Source: Minisyncoccota bacterium | Lineage (GTDB): Bacteria; Patescibacteriota; Minisyncoccia; Phycocordibacterales; JABAAK01 | Direction: 5' to 3' | Assembly: GCA_963668425.1 (NCBI GenBank) | Contig: OY764332.1 | Location: forward strand, 105,241 to 169,240 | DNA length: 64,000 nucleotides | In this document: positions 10,242 to 20,241 of the stretch, piece by piece | How the letters are laid out: every line of letters begins with the position of its first letter | Numbering within the stretch: position 1 is the stretch's first letter | The notes under the pieces: generated by a model | Told to the model about the DNA's origin: nothing | Seen by the model: only the letters and a program-made list of their open reading frames with translations | Databases searched by the model: none | Program-made: the position numbers and the translations under genes

Positions 10242-10847
10242 TTACGAAAAGATAATCACTTTTGTCTTCCCTTCTAATAGCTCTTTTTTCTTGAGCGTAT
10301 ACTTACCAGTCACCTCTTCACTATCGCCCATTTCTTTTGCTAGTTTCTTTTTTAGCGCCTCATTGTTACCAATTGGCACAATTCGTTGCGCCTGCGTTGT
10401 GACAGCAATGCCAGCAATGCCGATTGCATCTATCCGCTTATCTTCTGTTGTAGGAGAAAATGCAACGAGCATGTCAATGTCACCAATCTCAGATATCGTC
10501 TGTGCTACTTCTTTTTGTCCAACAACGTCGCCTAGCACCAGCACCCGAATACCTTCTGCATCTATACACCATGTTGTTGTCTGCACACGCACACCTTGTA
10601 CTACTGTTTCCGTGCTAAACCCTTTGATGTATATATTTTCTTTTTCATACTCACCAGCATTTTGAAATAGCTGCTGTTCCCTGCTGTCTGCTTTCAGTAC
10701 ATGCGCCCAGTCGCCGACTGGTACCGGATAGGTGGAGAGGATAATAGCAGGCGGTACCCCCTTGCTCTTTTCAGGAGGGTTAATGGCGACAACACCTTCA
10801 GAAAATTTTAAGGCAATACCAGTGATTGCTGTCTGATGGATTTCCAT
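10242..10847 (-). CDS. Metallo-beta-lactamase-fold protein (Lactamase_B_3-like, degenerate)
   Basis: GEYE.ENIYIKG, IRVLVLGD, IGDIDML and RIVPI pattern; His motifs not retained. Confidence 0.6.
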   Translation of the reverse strand: MEIHQTAITGIALKFSEGVVAINPPEKSKGVPPAIILSTYPVPVGDWAHVLKADSREQQLFQNAGEYEKENIYIKGFSTETVVQGVRVQTTTWCIDAEGIRVLVLGDVVGQKEVAQTISEIGDIDMLVAFSPTTEDKRIDAIGIAGIAVTTQAQRIVPIGNNEALKKKLAKEMGDSEEVTGKYTLKKKELLEGKTKVIIFS

Positions 10848-11146
10848 AGAGAGATGTTGGTAGTATACCATCAACATACCATACAACATTACACACCTTT
10901 CTACCTACACTATGCCAAATTTTTTGCTTCAGTACAACGTTGACAGATAGACACATCTCTTATTTTGTACATGAGACGCGCGAGGCAATCTTGCCGGCTG
11001 TATTATCGCAAACAAGATGTGATGCTTTTTTTTATAAAAAATACACGGTATACTATTCTTGACACTATGTCAGGTTTGACACTATTATGATGTCAGGTCA
11101 GTATTGTATATAGTCAGTATATTATATTACAAAAATATATAACCAT

Positions 11147-12280
11147 ATGTCTACAGCAACTACAACAGAGGGCGCACAAATAAAAACACCCGAAACTTAT
11201 GCCGTTGGTGATGTGGTGGATGGAGTTGTTGTTGCCGTGGATCGGTCGGTTGTATATGTAGATCTCTCCCCGATTGGCACTGGCATTATTTACGGCAGAG
11301 AGTTTTCTGTCGCAAAGGATATTTTACGAAAGACGCATGTTGGTGATGCTATTTCTGCACAAATTATTGAATTAGAAACATCGGATGGTTATATTGATCT
11401 TTCACTCAAGGAGGCACGAAAGGCGTTTATTTGGAGTGAAGCGGAGGAGTCATTGCGCAATAAGCAGGTGTATGAGGTGGTTGTTAAAAATGCAAATCGT
11501 GGCGGGTTGGTTATAGAGTGGAATGGTGTTCGTGGTTTTCTACCTGCCTCACAACTCACTGAGGAAAAATATCCGAAGGTGTTGAGTCGAGATAAAGACA
11601 GTATCTTAAACGAGCTTAAAAAATTTGTGGATACAAAGATGATGGTAACTATAGAAAGCGTTGATCCCGATAATGACACTATTATTTTTTCAGAACATAA
11701 AGATGGCACAACAGGCAAAAAATCTACCGGAGAGTCAAAGCCGGCAAATGAGTATAACGTAGGTGACATTAAGAATGGTATTGTTACTGGCGTGGTTGAC
11801 TTCGGTGCTTTTGTTACTGTTGACAATGCTATTGAGGGCTTGGTGCATATCTCTGAAATGGATTGGGGATTGGTTGATGATCCGAGAAAATTCTGTACTG
11901 TTGGCAATCAGGTACAGGTAAAAATTATTGATATTGAAGATGATAAATATTCATTTTCATTTAAGGAATTGCATAAGAATCCGTGGGAGGAGATTCATGA
12001 GCGACACAAAGTCGGTGATATGGTCTCTGGCGTGGTGATTAAATATGGCGGATTTGGTGCATTTGCTTCAATCAAAGCTGGTGTGTCGGGCTTGGTGCAT
12101 ATTTCAAACTTCGCTGATGAAAGTGATTTGCGAAATTCGTTAGAAATTGGCAAAACATATGAATTTGTTATTACTAACCTTGAGCCAAGTGGGCAGAAAC
12201 TTACCTTAGTGCCTAAAGACCGTTATCAGCCAGAAGCAGCTCCTGCAGCACAGCAGGCATCGGAAGAAAAATCTGGATAA
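11147..12280 (+). CDS. rpsA: 30S ribosomal protein bS1 (4 S1 domains)
   Basis: Repeated S1 motifs GFLPASQL, FGAFV...GLVHISE. Confidence 0.92.
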   Translation: MSTATTTEGAQIKTPETYAVGDVVDGVVVAVDRSVVYVDLSPIGTGIIYGREFSVAKDILRKTHVGDAISAQIIELETSDGYIDLSLKEARKAFIWSEAEESLRNKQVYEVVVKNANRGGLVIEWNGVRGFLPASQLTEEKYPKVLSRDKDSILNELKKFVDTKMMVTIESVDPDNDTIIFSEHKDGTTGKKSTGESKPANEYNVGDIKNGIVTGVVDFGAFVTVDNAIEGLVHISEMDWGLVDDPRKFCTVGNQVQVKIIDIEDDKYSFSFKELHKNPWEEIHERHKVGDMVSGVVIKYGGFGAFASIKAGVSGLVHISNFADESDLRNSLEIGKTYEFVITNLEPSGQKLTLVPKDRYQPEAAPAAQQASEEKSG

Positions 12281-12294
12281 TCCATACTGTGGTG

Positions 12295-12837
12295 TTATTT
12301 TTTGTTTTTGTGTAGCGCTGTCTGTGCCGGCAGTTGGTTGAGTATGATATTTGGTAGTGTGGTATGTACTGTGTGCGTGATACTATTCATGTCAGATGAT
12401 GGTATTTTCTTTAGTACATACTCTTTAAGGTCGCCGTTATCTTTTCCCACACCTATTCGTAGACGGAAAAATGCATTTGTGCTTAACGCATCAGCGACCG
12501 AGGCAACACCGTTGTGTCCCCCAGGACTTTTGTTGTATGATAAACGGATTGAACCGACTGGTAAGGCAACTTCATCGTGTACCACCACTAATCGCGTTGG
12601 ATCAATTTCCAGCAATGCATCTTGCATATCCCGTCCAGTTTCGTTCATGAAGCCATTAGACACCATACAGGCGACTCGGTGTGGGCCAAGCAGTAAGCAC
12701 CCTACCCTACCCTTTGCCACGGTATGCCATTTACCTCCATCCTCAGACACTAACCCTTCAATCAGGTCTTTGCCGATGTTGTGTCGCGTACCCCGATATT
12801 CCGGCGGATTACCCAAACCAAGAAACAAGAAGTCCAT
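12295..12837 (-). CDS. pth: Peptidyl-tRNA hydrolase
   Basis: GLGNP..Y..TRHNIG, FMNETG, VVHDE, GGHNGV, RLRIGVG. Confidence 0.97.
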   Translation of the reverse strand: MDFLFLGLGNPPEYRGTRHNIGKDLIEGLVSEDGGKWHTVAKGRVGCLLLGPHRVACMVSNGFMNETGRDMQDALLEIDPTRLVVVHDEVALPVGSIRLSYNKSPGGHNGVASVADALSTNAFFRLRIGVGKDNGDLKEYVLKKIPSSDMNSITHTVHTTLPNIILNQLPAQTALHKNKK

Positions 12838-13056
12838 ACAGTTTTTAGTATACATGTAACACATGGTTATAGTCACAGTGCTAACCATACTATATTCTTT
12901 GATACTTCAAATTAATCTGGCGAACACCTTGTTGGCAAACAGGAAGATGTATGATCTTATTTTTTGGTACGTGGGTGCACCTTAGGTAACGCAAAGTTGA
13001 CAGAAGTGGTGATTTGGGGTAATTGCTGTGATATACTGTTGATTGTTTACTGGTGT

Positions 13057-13707
13057 ATGAGTAATACGACACAACAAAACAATACCATCGTAGAAAAAAA
13101 AACGAGGCGCGGAAGCGTGGATATTGTCCAAATATCTGTTATGGTTGCCGGCATAGTATCCGCTCTTTTTGTCTGGTTTTTTGGTTTTCGCCCTTTTTTG
13201 GTGAATGGCATATCAATGTATCCGTCATTTAACGCCTCTTTTACTGATACAACCACATCTTCACTTATAGCTGGTGATTATCTTATTATTGATGCATTTT
13301 CTTATCGTTTTTTAGAAGATCCGAAGCGGCTTGATGTTATTGTCGCAAAGAGTCCGATAGAGCCAGGAAAACATCTTTTGAAACGAATAATAGGACTTCC
13401 AAATGAGCAAATCCGTTTTTCTGATACCACCATTGAAATCACCACTGCAGATAATACTTCTTTTGTTTTGCATGAGCCATATATCAACCAAGAGCAATCA
13501 CCGCTCTATAAAAATCAGACCATGCAACTTAGTGAAAATCAGTACTTTATCCTCGGAGATAATAGGATGAATAGTTTGGATTCCCGTGTGTGGGGTGCCC
13601 TGACAAAAGATCATATCATTGGTCGTGTTGTGTTGCGTCTGTACCCGTTTAATGAGTTGGCAACATTGCCGGGAGGCGTTGACCAGAATGCACGTAATGT
13701 GTTATAA
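13057..13707 (+). CDS. lepB: Signal peptidase I
   Basis: GISMYPS, LLKRIIGLP, YFILGDNR.NS.DSR.WG. Confidence 0.95.
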   Translation: MSNTTQQNNTIVEKKTRRGSVDIVQISVMVAGIVSALFVWFFGFRPFLVNGISMYPSFNASFTDTTTSSLIAGDYLIIDAFSYRFLEDPKRLDVIVAKSPIEPGKHLLKRIIGLPNEQIRFSDTTIEITTADNTSFVLHEPYINQEQSPLYKNQTMQLSENQYFILGDNRMNSLDSRVWGALTKDHIIGRVVLRLYPFNELATLPGGVDQNARNVL

Positions 13708-13718
13708 TATATATTGTT

Positions 13719-14897
13719 ATGCGATCCTTTACCCTTACCCCTGAAAAATTCTTTGATAAGGCACATAAGATTGCCGGTCTCTACGGTTTTGGACCGATCA
13801 ATGAGGTGTTTAAGGGCTATAAGCACATGAAACGGATGAAAATTACACCCTGCAAAAAACTGGATGAAAAACATTTACAGCACCTTTCTCTCATACTACG
13901 GTTCTACTTTGAACGGTCGTTGCATACGCATGAATATGAGCCAATGTTTCTCTTTCACAGCAACATAGACAAAGATACTAAGTCAACAATTACCACATCA
14001 AAAAAACCTGGTGCCACTTACTTCTCTCTCACCGTTGTAGGTGTGCGTGATTCCTACGCCGAGGCACTCCTGCTCTCTTGCGCCAGTCATATATTCCGTT
14101 CACTTAAATCGGATACGTACCGTATTCGTATCAATTCAATGGGTACCGTTGATGATTCAAAGTTGTATTTTTCAAAATTGTCAAAAACTTTGAGGAAGGT
14201 GCGAAAAAATATACACCCTGACTGTCAAAAACTTCTCAATAATGAAAAGTTGTGCGAAGCGCATTCTTTACTGCATCATGGCGAACACACCGGTGTTGCC
14301 GAATATATCACACCAACATTGCGATTGCTTTCAGAGAAGGCACGGCAACATTTTGAGCGGGTTATAGAGTACCTTGAGGCGCATCAGCTACCGTATGAAC
14401 TCGCACCTGATATTGTTGAATTGACCCGATACGGTATTCACACCGCCTTTGAGATTGATGACGAACAAACACCCTTGTATGCCCGTGGCGCTCGATATGA
14501 TACGTTGCCTTACCATCTCTATCGCCGTAAGATACCTGCAACCTCAATCACTATTACACTTCCTGAAAAAGCAACGGGTACTCATCAACTGAAATCTCGG
14601 TCAAGGAGGCCACGAGCATTCTTTTTTCATACCGGTGAAACAGCTCGCTTGCGTTCTTTGAGAGTTATTTCTCAGTTATATGATGCGAATATACCAGTGG
14701 CACATCGCCTCCACTATACTAGAGTTGCTGATCAACTCAACGATGAGGCACGATCTTACCCGTATACTATTGTTTTTGGACAAGAAGAAGCCGAAAATAA
14801 TGTTATTTGTATCCGTAAAAGCGATACAAAGGCCTTCAGAATGGTGAATTTGACTGAGGAAGCCCTTCAATCAGCCAGAGAATTCCTTAAAAAATAA
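13719..14897 (+). CDS. Histidyl-tRNA synthetase-like protein (divergent HisS/HisZ fold with anticodon-binding domain)
   Basis: A..YGF, EA.LL, IRINSMG, HFERV.EYL, Y..HTAFEI, GARYD, C-terminal IVFGQEEA. Confidence 0.7.
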   Translation: MRSFTLTPEKFFDKAHKIAGLYGFGPINEVFKGYKHMKRMKITPCKKLDEKHLQHLSLILRFYFERSLHTHEYEPMFLFHSNIDKDTKSTITTSKKPGATYFSLTVVGVRDSYAEALLLSCASHIFRSLKSDTYRIRINSMGTVDDSKLYFSKLSKTLRKVRKNIHPDCQKLLNNEKLCEAHSLLHHGEHTGVAEYITPTLRLLSEKARQHFERVIEYLEAHQLPYELAPDIVELTRYGIHTAFEIDDEQTPLYARGARYDTLPYHLYRRKIPATSITITLPEKATGTHQLKSRSRRPRAFFFHTGETARLRSLRVISQLYDANIPVAHRLHYTRVADQLNDEARSYPYTIVFGQEEAENNVICIRKSDTKAFRMVNLTEEALQSAREFLKK

Positions 14898-14942
14898 GAT
14901 CTTTTAGTGTGTGGAGCCACTGGCTATGAGTAGTTGTAGCCG

Positions 14943-14970
14943 AAAAACCCCTTTATCTTAAGGGGTTTTT
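14943..14970 (+). terminator. Intrinsic terminator
   Basis: AAAAACCCCTT/AAGGGGTTTTT stem. Confidence 0.75.
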
Positions 14971-15109
14971 GTTGTTTTGGGGCGACTTTGAAACTTGCAT
15001 TATTTGTTGTTTTATGGTATAGTACGTGTAGTATACTCTGTGGTAGGGGGCATGTTGCCTCCCTCACAGATGGACATTACACAAACTTAATTACATTAAG
15101 GGAGACGAA

Positions 15110-16963
15110 ATGGATATCAAAAGAATTGTTAGTATTGGTTGGCTTGCTGCTATTGCGGTAGCCGCATTATTTCTCTTTAATTACAGCCCGATGGAACCAG
15201 TTATGGGTCCGGCTAATCCGACAACGCCCGCAGTGGTACTGCCTCAAGTACAAACACCTGATACGGTGGTGGTACCTGAAGTGCAAATCCCTGGCGTGGT
15301 TCCGTTGCTTTCAGCACCTGATGTGGTGCTCAATCAAGCGGCAATTGACGCCGCAAAGAGTTCCGCACTGTACACCCAGATACTTGTAGCGCTCGTGTTA
15401 CTTTTGGGTAGTGCGGGACTTGTGATTGCCCGCGGGTATGAGAGCCCAGGTCCCAAAGCTGTTGCTGTAGGGGGGGGAGCCGCGTCACTTGCTGTGGCAG
15501 CGGTGATGTTCAGCCAGGACTGGATACCCTCTGAGGTACTCCCGTCGGGACTTGCACTTCTCGCCATTGCCGCAGCAACGACAGGGCCTGTCCTGCAACT
15601 CATGGCACCAGATCAAAAGGTGTTGGATGAGTTGGATGAAGCCGAGGAAGAGGCTGAAGGACTTGAAGCAGATCTTGAATCTGCCGAAGAAGAGATCGAA
15701 AAATCTCTAAAGGTCGTAGAAGGGCTGAAGAAAGGTCTTGAAACTGCCAAGGCGGAAGCCAAGGCGGTTGGCGGCAAAGTTGCTGACGCAGAAAAGAGCG
15801 CCCAACAGGCGGTCGAGCGCGCAGATGTTGCTGAGAAAGCCGCCGCTGAGGCAGTGGAAGCACGGCATACTGCTGAGTCCGCGCAAGCGACTGCTGAAGC
15901 AGAAGCCACCACACTCCGTGGACATGCGGAACGCGCGGAAGCAAACTCTGCTGACTTACAGGTTCGCCTCAGCTCTTTTGAAGAGCGTAAAGTAGCGGAT
16001 CAGGAAGCTTTGAATCTCTCTGTTGCAGAGGAAGATCTTGCTGTTGCAAAGCAGCGAGTAACCTCGATCCAAAACGACCTACAGGTCGCAGAGGCAGAGC
16101 AGCAGCGCTTGCACACTGCGCATAGCGATGCAGTTAGTGCAGCTGATACTGCTTGGACCGCTGTTGAGGAAGCCGCAAAGGCCGCTCTTAAAACAGAGGC
16201 AACGCTTGTCGAGGCAAGTAAGGCGTCTGACGCGGCAGCGGAAGCCGTCGCCAATGGCGTCAAGATTCTTGACTCTGACGGTCTCGCACAGCAACTCGCT
16301 GATGCTGATGTGGAACATGGCAAAGCGGCAGACGCACTTACTCATCTCAACTCTGAGGCACGTAACGCTGACATTACTATCGGACGTCTTGCTTCTGAGT
16401 TTGAAGTTGCTAAAGCAAAGGTTGCTGATGTAACTGTAAACCTTGAAACAGCGAAGAGTAACCTTGATGTGGCGAAGGTTTCTGTTGACGAGGTGGCCAA
16501 AGTCGCTGAGGCGGCAGAGATTGAAGCAGTCGCCGCCAAACGTCGCTTCGCCGCACTCGTTGCTGCCGAACAGCAGAGTGCTGAACTGGCAACACAGGTT
16601 GCTAGTGAGCGAGCAGAGAAGGAAGCACTTGTCGCTCAGAACACTGAACTGAAAGACGCAGTGAAGGATGCCTTACGTGCATCTGGCTGTACGCTTTCAC
16701 TTGACAGGTTTGCTGCTGACGAAGACGTCGCTCGTTACCGAGCCGAGCTTCGTATGGCACAACCAAATGAGATCACCTTCGGAGTTCATATTGAAGACGA
16801 TGAAGGTGAAGAGGTACTTTTCCGAACAATTCCGGCTGGTCAAAAGTACTCGGAGGGTTTTGATGTGGATCGCGGCTACAATGCCAAAATTCGTGTCTTG
16901 CCCCCAGGGCAGACCGCGGATGCCCTCGGCACCTCCGAAATTGTTCCTTACTTGGTGGCATAG
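15110..16963 (+). CDS. Membrane-anchored Ala/Glu-rich long coiled-coil protein
   Basis: About four N-terminal hydrophobic segments then ~350 aa of heptad-like sequence; promoter TTGCAT-17-TATAGT at 14995-15023; AAGGGAG SD. Confidence 0.8.
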   Translation: MDIKRIVSIGWLAAIAVAALFLFNYSPMEPVMGPANPTTPAVVLPQVQTPDTVVVPEVQIPGVVPLLSAPDVVLNQAAIDAAKSSALYTQILVALVLLLGSAGLVIARGYESPGPKAVAVGGGAASLAVAAVMFSQDWIPSEVLPSGLALLAIAAATTGPVLQLMAPDQKVLDELDEAEEEAEGLEADLESAEEEIEKSLKVVEGLKKGLETAKAEAKAVGGKVADAEKSAQQAVERADVAEKAAAEAVEARHTAESAQATAEAEATTLRGHAERAEANSADLQVRLSSFEERKVADQEALNLSVAEEDLAVAKQRVTSIQNDLQVAEAEQQRLHTAHSDAVSAADTAWTAVEEAAKAALKTEATLVEASKASDAAAEAVANGVKILDSDGLAQQLADADVEHGKAADALTHLNSEARNADITIGRLASEFEVAKAKVADVTVNLETAKSNLDVAKVSVDEVAKVAEAAEIEAVAAKRRFAALVAAEQQSAELATQVASERAEKEALVAQNTELKDAVKDALRASGCTLSLDRFAADEDVARYRAELRMAQPNEITFGVHIEDDEGEEVLFRTIPAGQKYSEGFDVDRGYNAKIRVLPPGQTADALGTSEIVPYLVA

Positions 16964-17063
16964 CCACCCTTACCATAGAGGACACTATACGTATGATGTT
17001 ATATATCATAGTATACGTGTCCTCTTTTTCTATACCTACTTTTTCTGCTATACTGTATGCACT

Positions 17064-17303
17064 ATGGCAGATAGTATTATAATGACAAAGCATGATAATG
17101 AAGGGGCGGCATCATTGTATCGCCGCTTTGTGAAGCATTTTCGATCATCGGGTATTCAATCCTCAGCAAAGCAAAAGCGATTTCACGGGCGAAAATTATC
17201 AAAAAATATCAAAAGAAAAGATTGCATTAATCGTCTGACTAAAAAAGAGGTGTATGAAAAAGCGTACCGTGAAGGAAAAATACCAGCTGCACGTGGGAAG
17301 TAG
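17064..17303 (+). CDS. rpsU: 30S ribosomal protein bS21 (CPR-type)
   Basis: 79 aa, basic; E....LYRRF.K....SGI....K.KRFH.RK.SK pattern. Confidence 0.8.
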   Translation: MADSIIMTKHDNEGAASLYRRFVKHFRSSGIQSSAKQKRFHGRKLSKNIKRKDCINRLTKKEVYEKAYREGKIPAARGK

Positions 17304-17310
17304 CCCTCCA

Positions 17311-17694
17311 ATGGCACACACGTTACATATTTTTAACGAGACAAAGGTTCAAGTGCCACGAACAGTTATGACCACTATCTATACCGACCTTCTTCAAAAA
17401 ATTTGCTCACTCAATGTTATTTGCATTGGTGATGCATTTTCACAAAAACTAAATAAAACGCACCGCGGGAAAGATACTCCGTCAAATATTCTTACCTTTC
17501 CACCAAATGATGATACTGTTGCTGAGATATACATAAATACTACTATGGCGAAGAAAACGGCGAAAAAGCATTGTATTTCGGTAAAAAAACAATTTCTTTT
17601 TCTCTATATCCACGGCATATTACACCTTCTCGGACATTGCCACGGCACGGACATGGAGATACTTGAGGATAGGTATATTACAATGTACACATAA
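17311..17694 (+). CDS. ybeY: rRNA maturation RNase YbeY
   Basis: LNKTHRGKD.P.NILTFP and HGILHLLGHCH Zn motif. Confidence 0.93.
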   Translation: MAHTLHIFNETKVQVPRTVMTTIYTDLLQKICSLNVICIGDAFSQKLNKTHRGKDTPSNILTFPPNDDTVAEIYINTTMAKKTAKKHCISVKKQFLFLYIHGILHLLGHCHGTDMEILEDRYITMYT

Positions 17695-17707
17695 CCAAGA
17701 ACATTGT

Positions 17708-18913
17708 ATGAAGCAACGAGAAAGAAACATCGTCGCGATGGATGTGGGGAATATGCATATAAAAGTGCTGGTTGGTTCGTACAATGAGCCGGTGCGGACG
17801 TCTAAGCCATTCTTTGAATTGCAGGGTGCAATGATGCCTGTGAAAGGTGTGTCAAGGCAGGGTGTCATCACCCACAAAAAAAATCTCGTATATACGATGC
17901 GTAGAACCCTTGATGCCCTATCATCTTTTTCAGGGTATGATGTTGATGAAATCTTGCTAACATATACTCACCCAAACATTTCTTTTTTCAAAAAAACAAT
18001 TGGCTTGCAGGATATACAAAATAAGAGTGGCGGTATATATATCACAGAGCAATGGCTGGATGCACAGAAAGAAAAAATACAAGAACGCATACGCCAAACA
18101 CATCAACATAAAAAATGCGCCTATTTTGCAATTGTTTCACTTGTTGCAGATGGTGAAGAGGTTCTCTATGATCCGTATGAGTTTACTGCTATAAAATCAC
18201 TCTATCTGACGTACATATATCTCTTAGCACCGGCTGCATTTTTAGGCACACTCTTAGAAAGCGCTGAACATGTTGCGGCAATTCGCTCAGTACAACCGGC
18301 AGCAATCGTTAATGGCACATTGCTGTCAGACAGACAAAAAGAACAAGGTATTGTCATGTGTGATGTTGGCACTGAATTCACTAATGTAACGGTATACAAA
18401 GACGGTATGCCGATAGGTGTGTGTGTTATACCTTTTGGTGGCAGTACCATCACTAATGCGATAGCACTACTAAAAAAGATCTCACCGGAAGAAGCAGAGC
18501 AACAAAAGATGATGCTTGCTGATGAAGAACCACCACTCAAAAAACAGGACCTGCAACGAATCAATAAAAAAATTACACTTGCTTTGAAAAAATATCTCCT
18601 TCCTTATTTAAAAGGGATAGATACGCAAAAGGATTTTCCTGGTGGCATCATGCTGTTGGGCAAAGGATCGTTGTACCCAGATATGGAAGTGCTTGTAGAA
18701 AAAGCAATCGGACTTCATTCGTTTTATGCAAAAACACCATATCACATCCAGAGTCAACAGCATGCTCACCAAACGACGTGGCACACTTCGTATGCAACGC
18801 TCTGCAGTGTGATTACTCGGCAGGACTATGGTGCTGCTATACAGTATGAAAAACCATCTTTCTTAGAAAGAATTATGGGCTATCTTCATGCAATAACAAA
18901 GATACTGCGGTAA
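17708..18913 (+). CDS. ftsA: Cell division protein FtsA (divergent)
   Basis: MDVG...IKV, CDVG.EFT, IPFGG..IT..IA, AEQ.K, GIMLLG.G; directly upstream of ftsZ. Confidence 0.85.
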   Translation: MKQRERNIVAMDVGNMHIKVLVGSYNEPVRTSKPFFELQGAMMPVKGVSRQGVITHKKNLVYTMRRTLDALSSFSGYDVDEILLTYTHPNISFFKKTIGLQDIQNKSGGIYITEQWLDAQKEKIQERIRQTHQHKKCAYFAIVSLVADGEEVLYDPYEFTAIKSLYLTYIYLLAPAAFLGTLLESAEHVAAIRSVQPAAIVNGTLLSDRQKEQGIVMCDVGTEFTNVTVYKDGMPIGVCVIPFGGSTITNAIALLKKISPEEAEQQKMMLADEEPPLKKQDLQRINKKITLALKKYLLPYLKGIDTQKDFPGGIMLLGKGSLYPDMEVLVEKAIGLHSFYAKTPYHIQSQQHAHQTTWHTSYATLCSVITRQDYGAAIQYEKPSFLERIMGYLHAITKILR

Positions 18914-18969
18914 CAAAAATAAGGTGATTTGATGTTTTTAGTGCGTATGGTGTATAGTAATAGTACGAT

Positions 18970-20241
18970 ATGAAAAAAGTGACTCCACCAGAAAGTGAAA
19001 CCTTTGCTAGAATTCGTGTTATCGGTATTGGTGGTTCAGGGAAAAATGCAACAAATCATATGATTAAGGTCGGCATACCTGGCGTTGAGTTCATTGTTGC
19101 AAATACTGATTCACAAGATTTGCAACAATCAAAAGCGGAGCGAAAGGTGCATCTCGGCAAACGCTCAACACAAGGACTTGGTACTGGCATGAACCCGATG
19201 CTCGGCAGAACATCGGCGGAAGAATCGATCTCTGAAATTACTGAGGTCATCAAGGGTGCAGATATGATTTTTATTGCCTGTGGTATGGGAGGTGGCACTG
19301 GTACTGGAGCGGCGCCGGTTGTCGCAAAGGCCGCTCAGGATTTAGGGATTTTAACTGTCTCGGTTGTTACTAAACCGTTTACCTTTGAAGGTGGCAAACG
19401 GAAGCAGATTGCTGAAGAAGGGCTCCTTGAATTGGCACAGATCACTGATGCGATGGTAACGATACCGAATGACAATATTCTCTCTATTGCTGATGATGAT
19501 ACCACCATGGCGGACGCATTTACGCTCAGCGATGAGATTTTGTCACAGGCAGTTAATGGTATCGCTCAGTTAATTATGAGGCCAGGAGATATTAACATTG
19601 ACTTTGCTGACATTCGTACCATTCTTGAAGATTCCGGAGCTGCGCTACTCGGTCTTGGGTCTGGACGAGGTGTCAATAAGGCAGAAATAGCAGTTGCTAG
19701 GGTCATCTCTTCCCCACTGTTGGAGGTTTCCATTAATGGTGCACAACGTGCTTTGTTTTCAATTGCATCGCGCACTCGATCAGAAGTATCTATGCGAGAA
19801 GTTCAAACTATCGCTGAGCAGATTTCAGAGGCCGTTGATCCGAATGCAAAAATTATTTTCGGTACTTCTACGGATAAGGATATGAAGCAGGGAGAATTGC
19901 GTATCACTTTGATAGCGACTGATTTTAAAAAGTCCCAACCCGAACCTGAAGCAGAGAGCGCTTCTGGTGTGGTAGCAAATGCAGAGCAAATCACACCCCC
20001 TGCACAACCACCGGCTCCAGTTCCTGCGCCATCAAAAAAAGTGGTATCAATACAAACTCCTTCTTCCGAAAGATTGAAGCCAGCTGCTGCGCGCTTGGAT
20101 GGGTACACTGCACCAGATGAAGCAGATGTGTTTGATGTAGATGCCTCGGATGATGCTATACTGCTTGATGATGAGTATGTGATGAGTGATGAGCAGGATA
20201 ATAAAAAAACAGGATGGAGAAAACTGTGGAGCAAGCATTAG
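18970..20241 (+). CDS. ftsZ: Cell division protein FtsZ
   Basis: GGGTGTG tubulin signature, NTD, KPF.FEG, INIDFAD. Confidence 0.98.
   Translation: MKKVTPPESETFARIRVIGIGGSGKNATNHMIKVGIPGVEFIVANTDSQDLQQSKAERKVHLGKRSTQGLGTGMNPMLGRTSAEESISEITEVIKGADMIFIACGMGGGTGTGAAPVVAKAAQDLGILTVSVVTKPFTFEGGKRKQIAEEGLLELAQITDAMVTIPNDNILSIADDDTTMADAFTLSDEILSQAVNGIAQLIMRPGDINIDFADIRTILEDSGAALLGLGSGRGVNKAEIAVARVISSPLLEVSINGAQRALFSIASRTRSEVSMREVQTIAEQISEAVDPNAKIIFGTSTDKDMKQGELRITLIATDFKKSQPEPEAESASGVVANAEQITPPAQPPAPVPAPSKKVVSIQTPSSERLKPAAARLDGYTAPDEADVFDVDASDDAILLDDEYVMSDEQDNKKTGWRKLWSKH

Noticed and set aside
16668-17063. N-terminal extensions given in the ORF track for rpsU (also lepB, dnaK, pth and Doc)
   Set aside because: Homology and promoter positions support the downstream ATGs used in the feature list.
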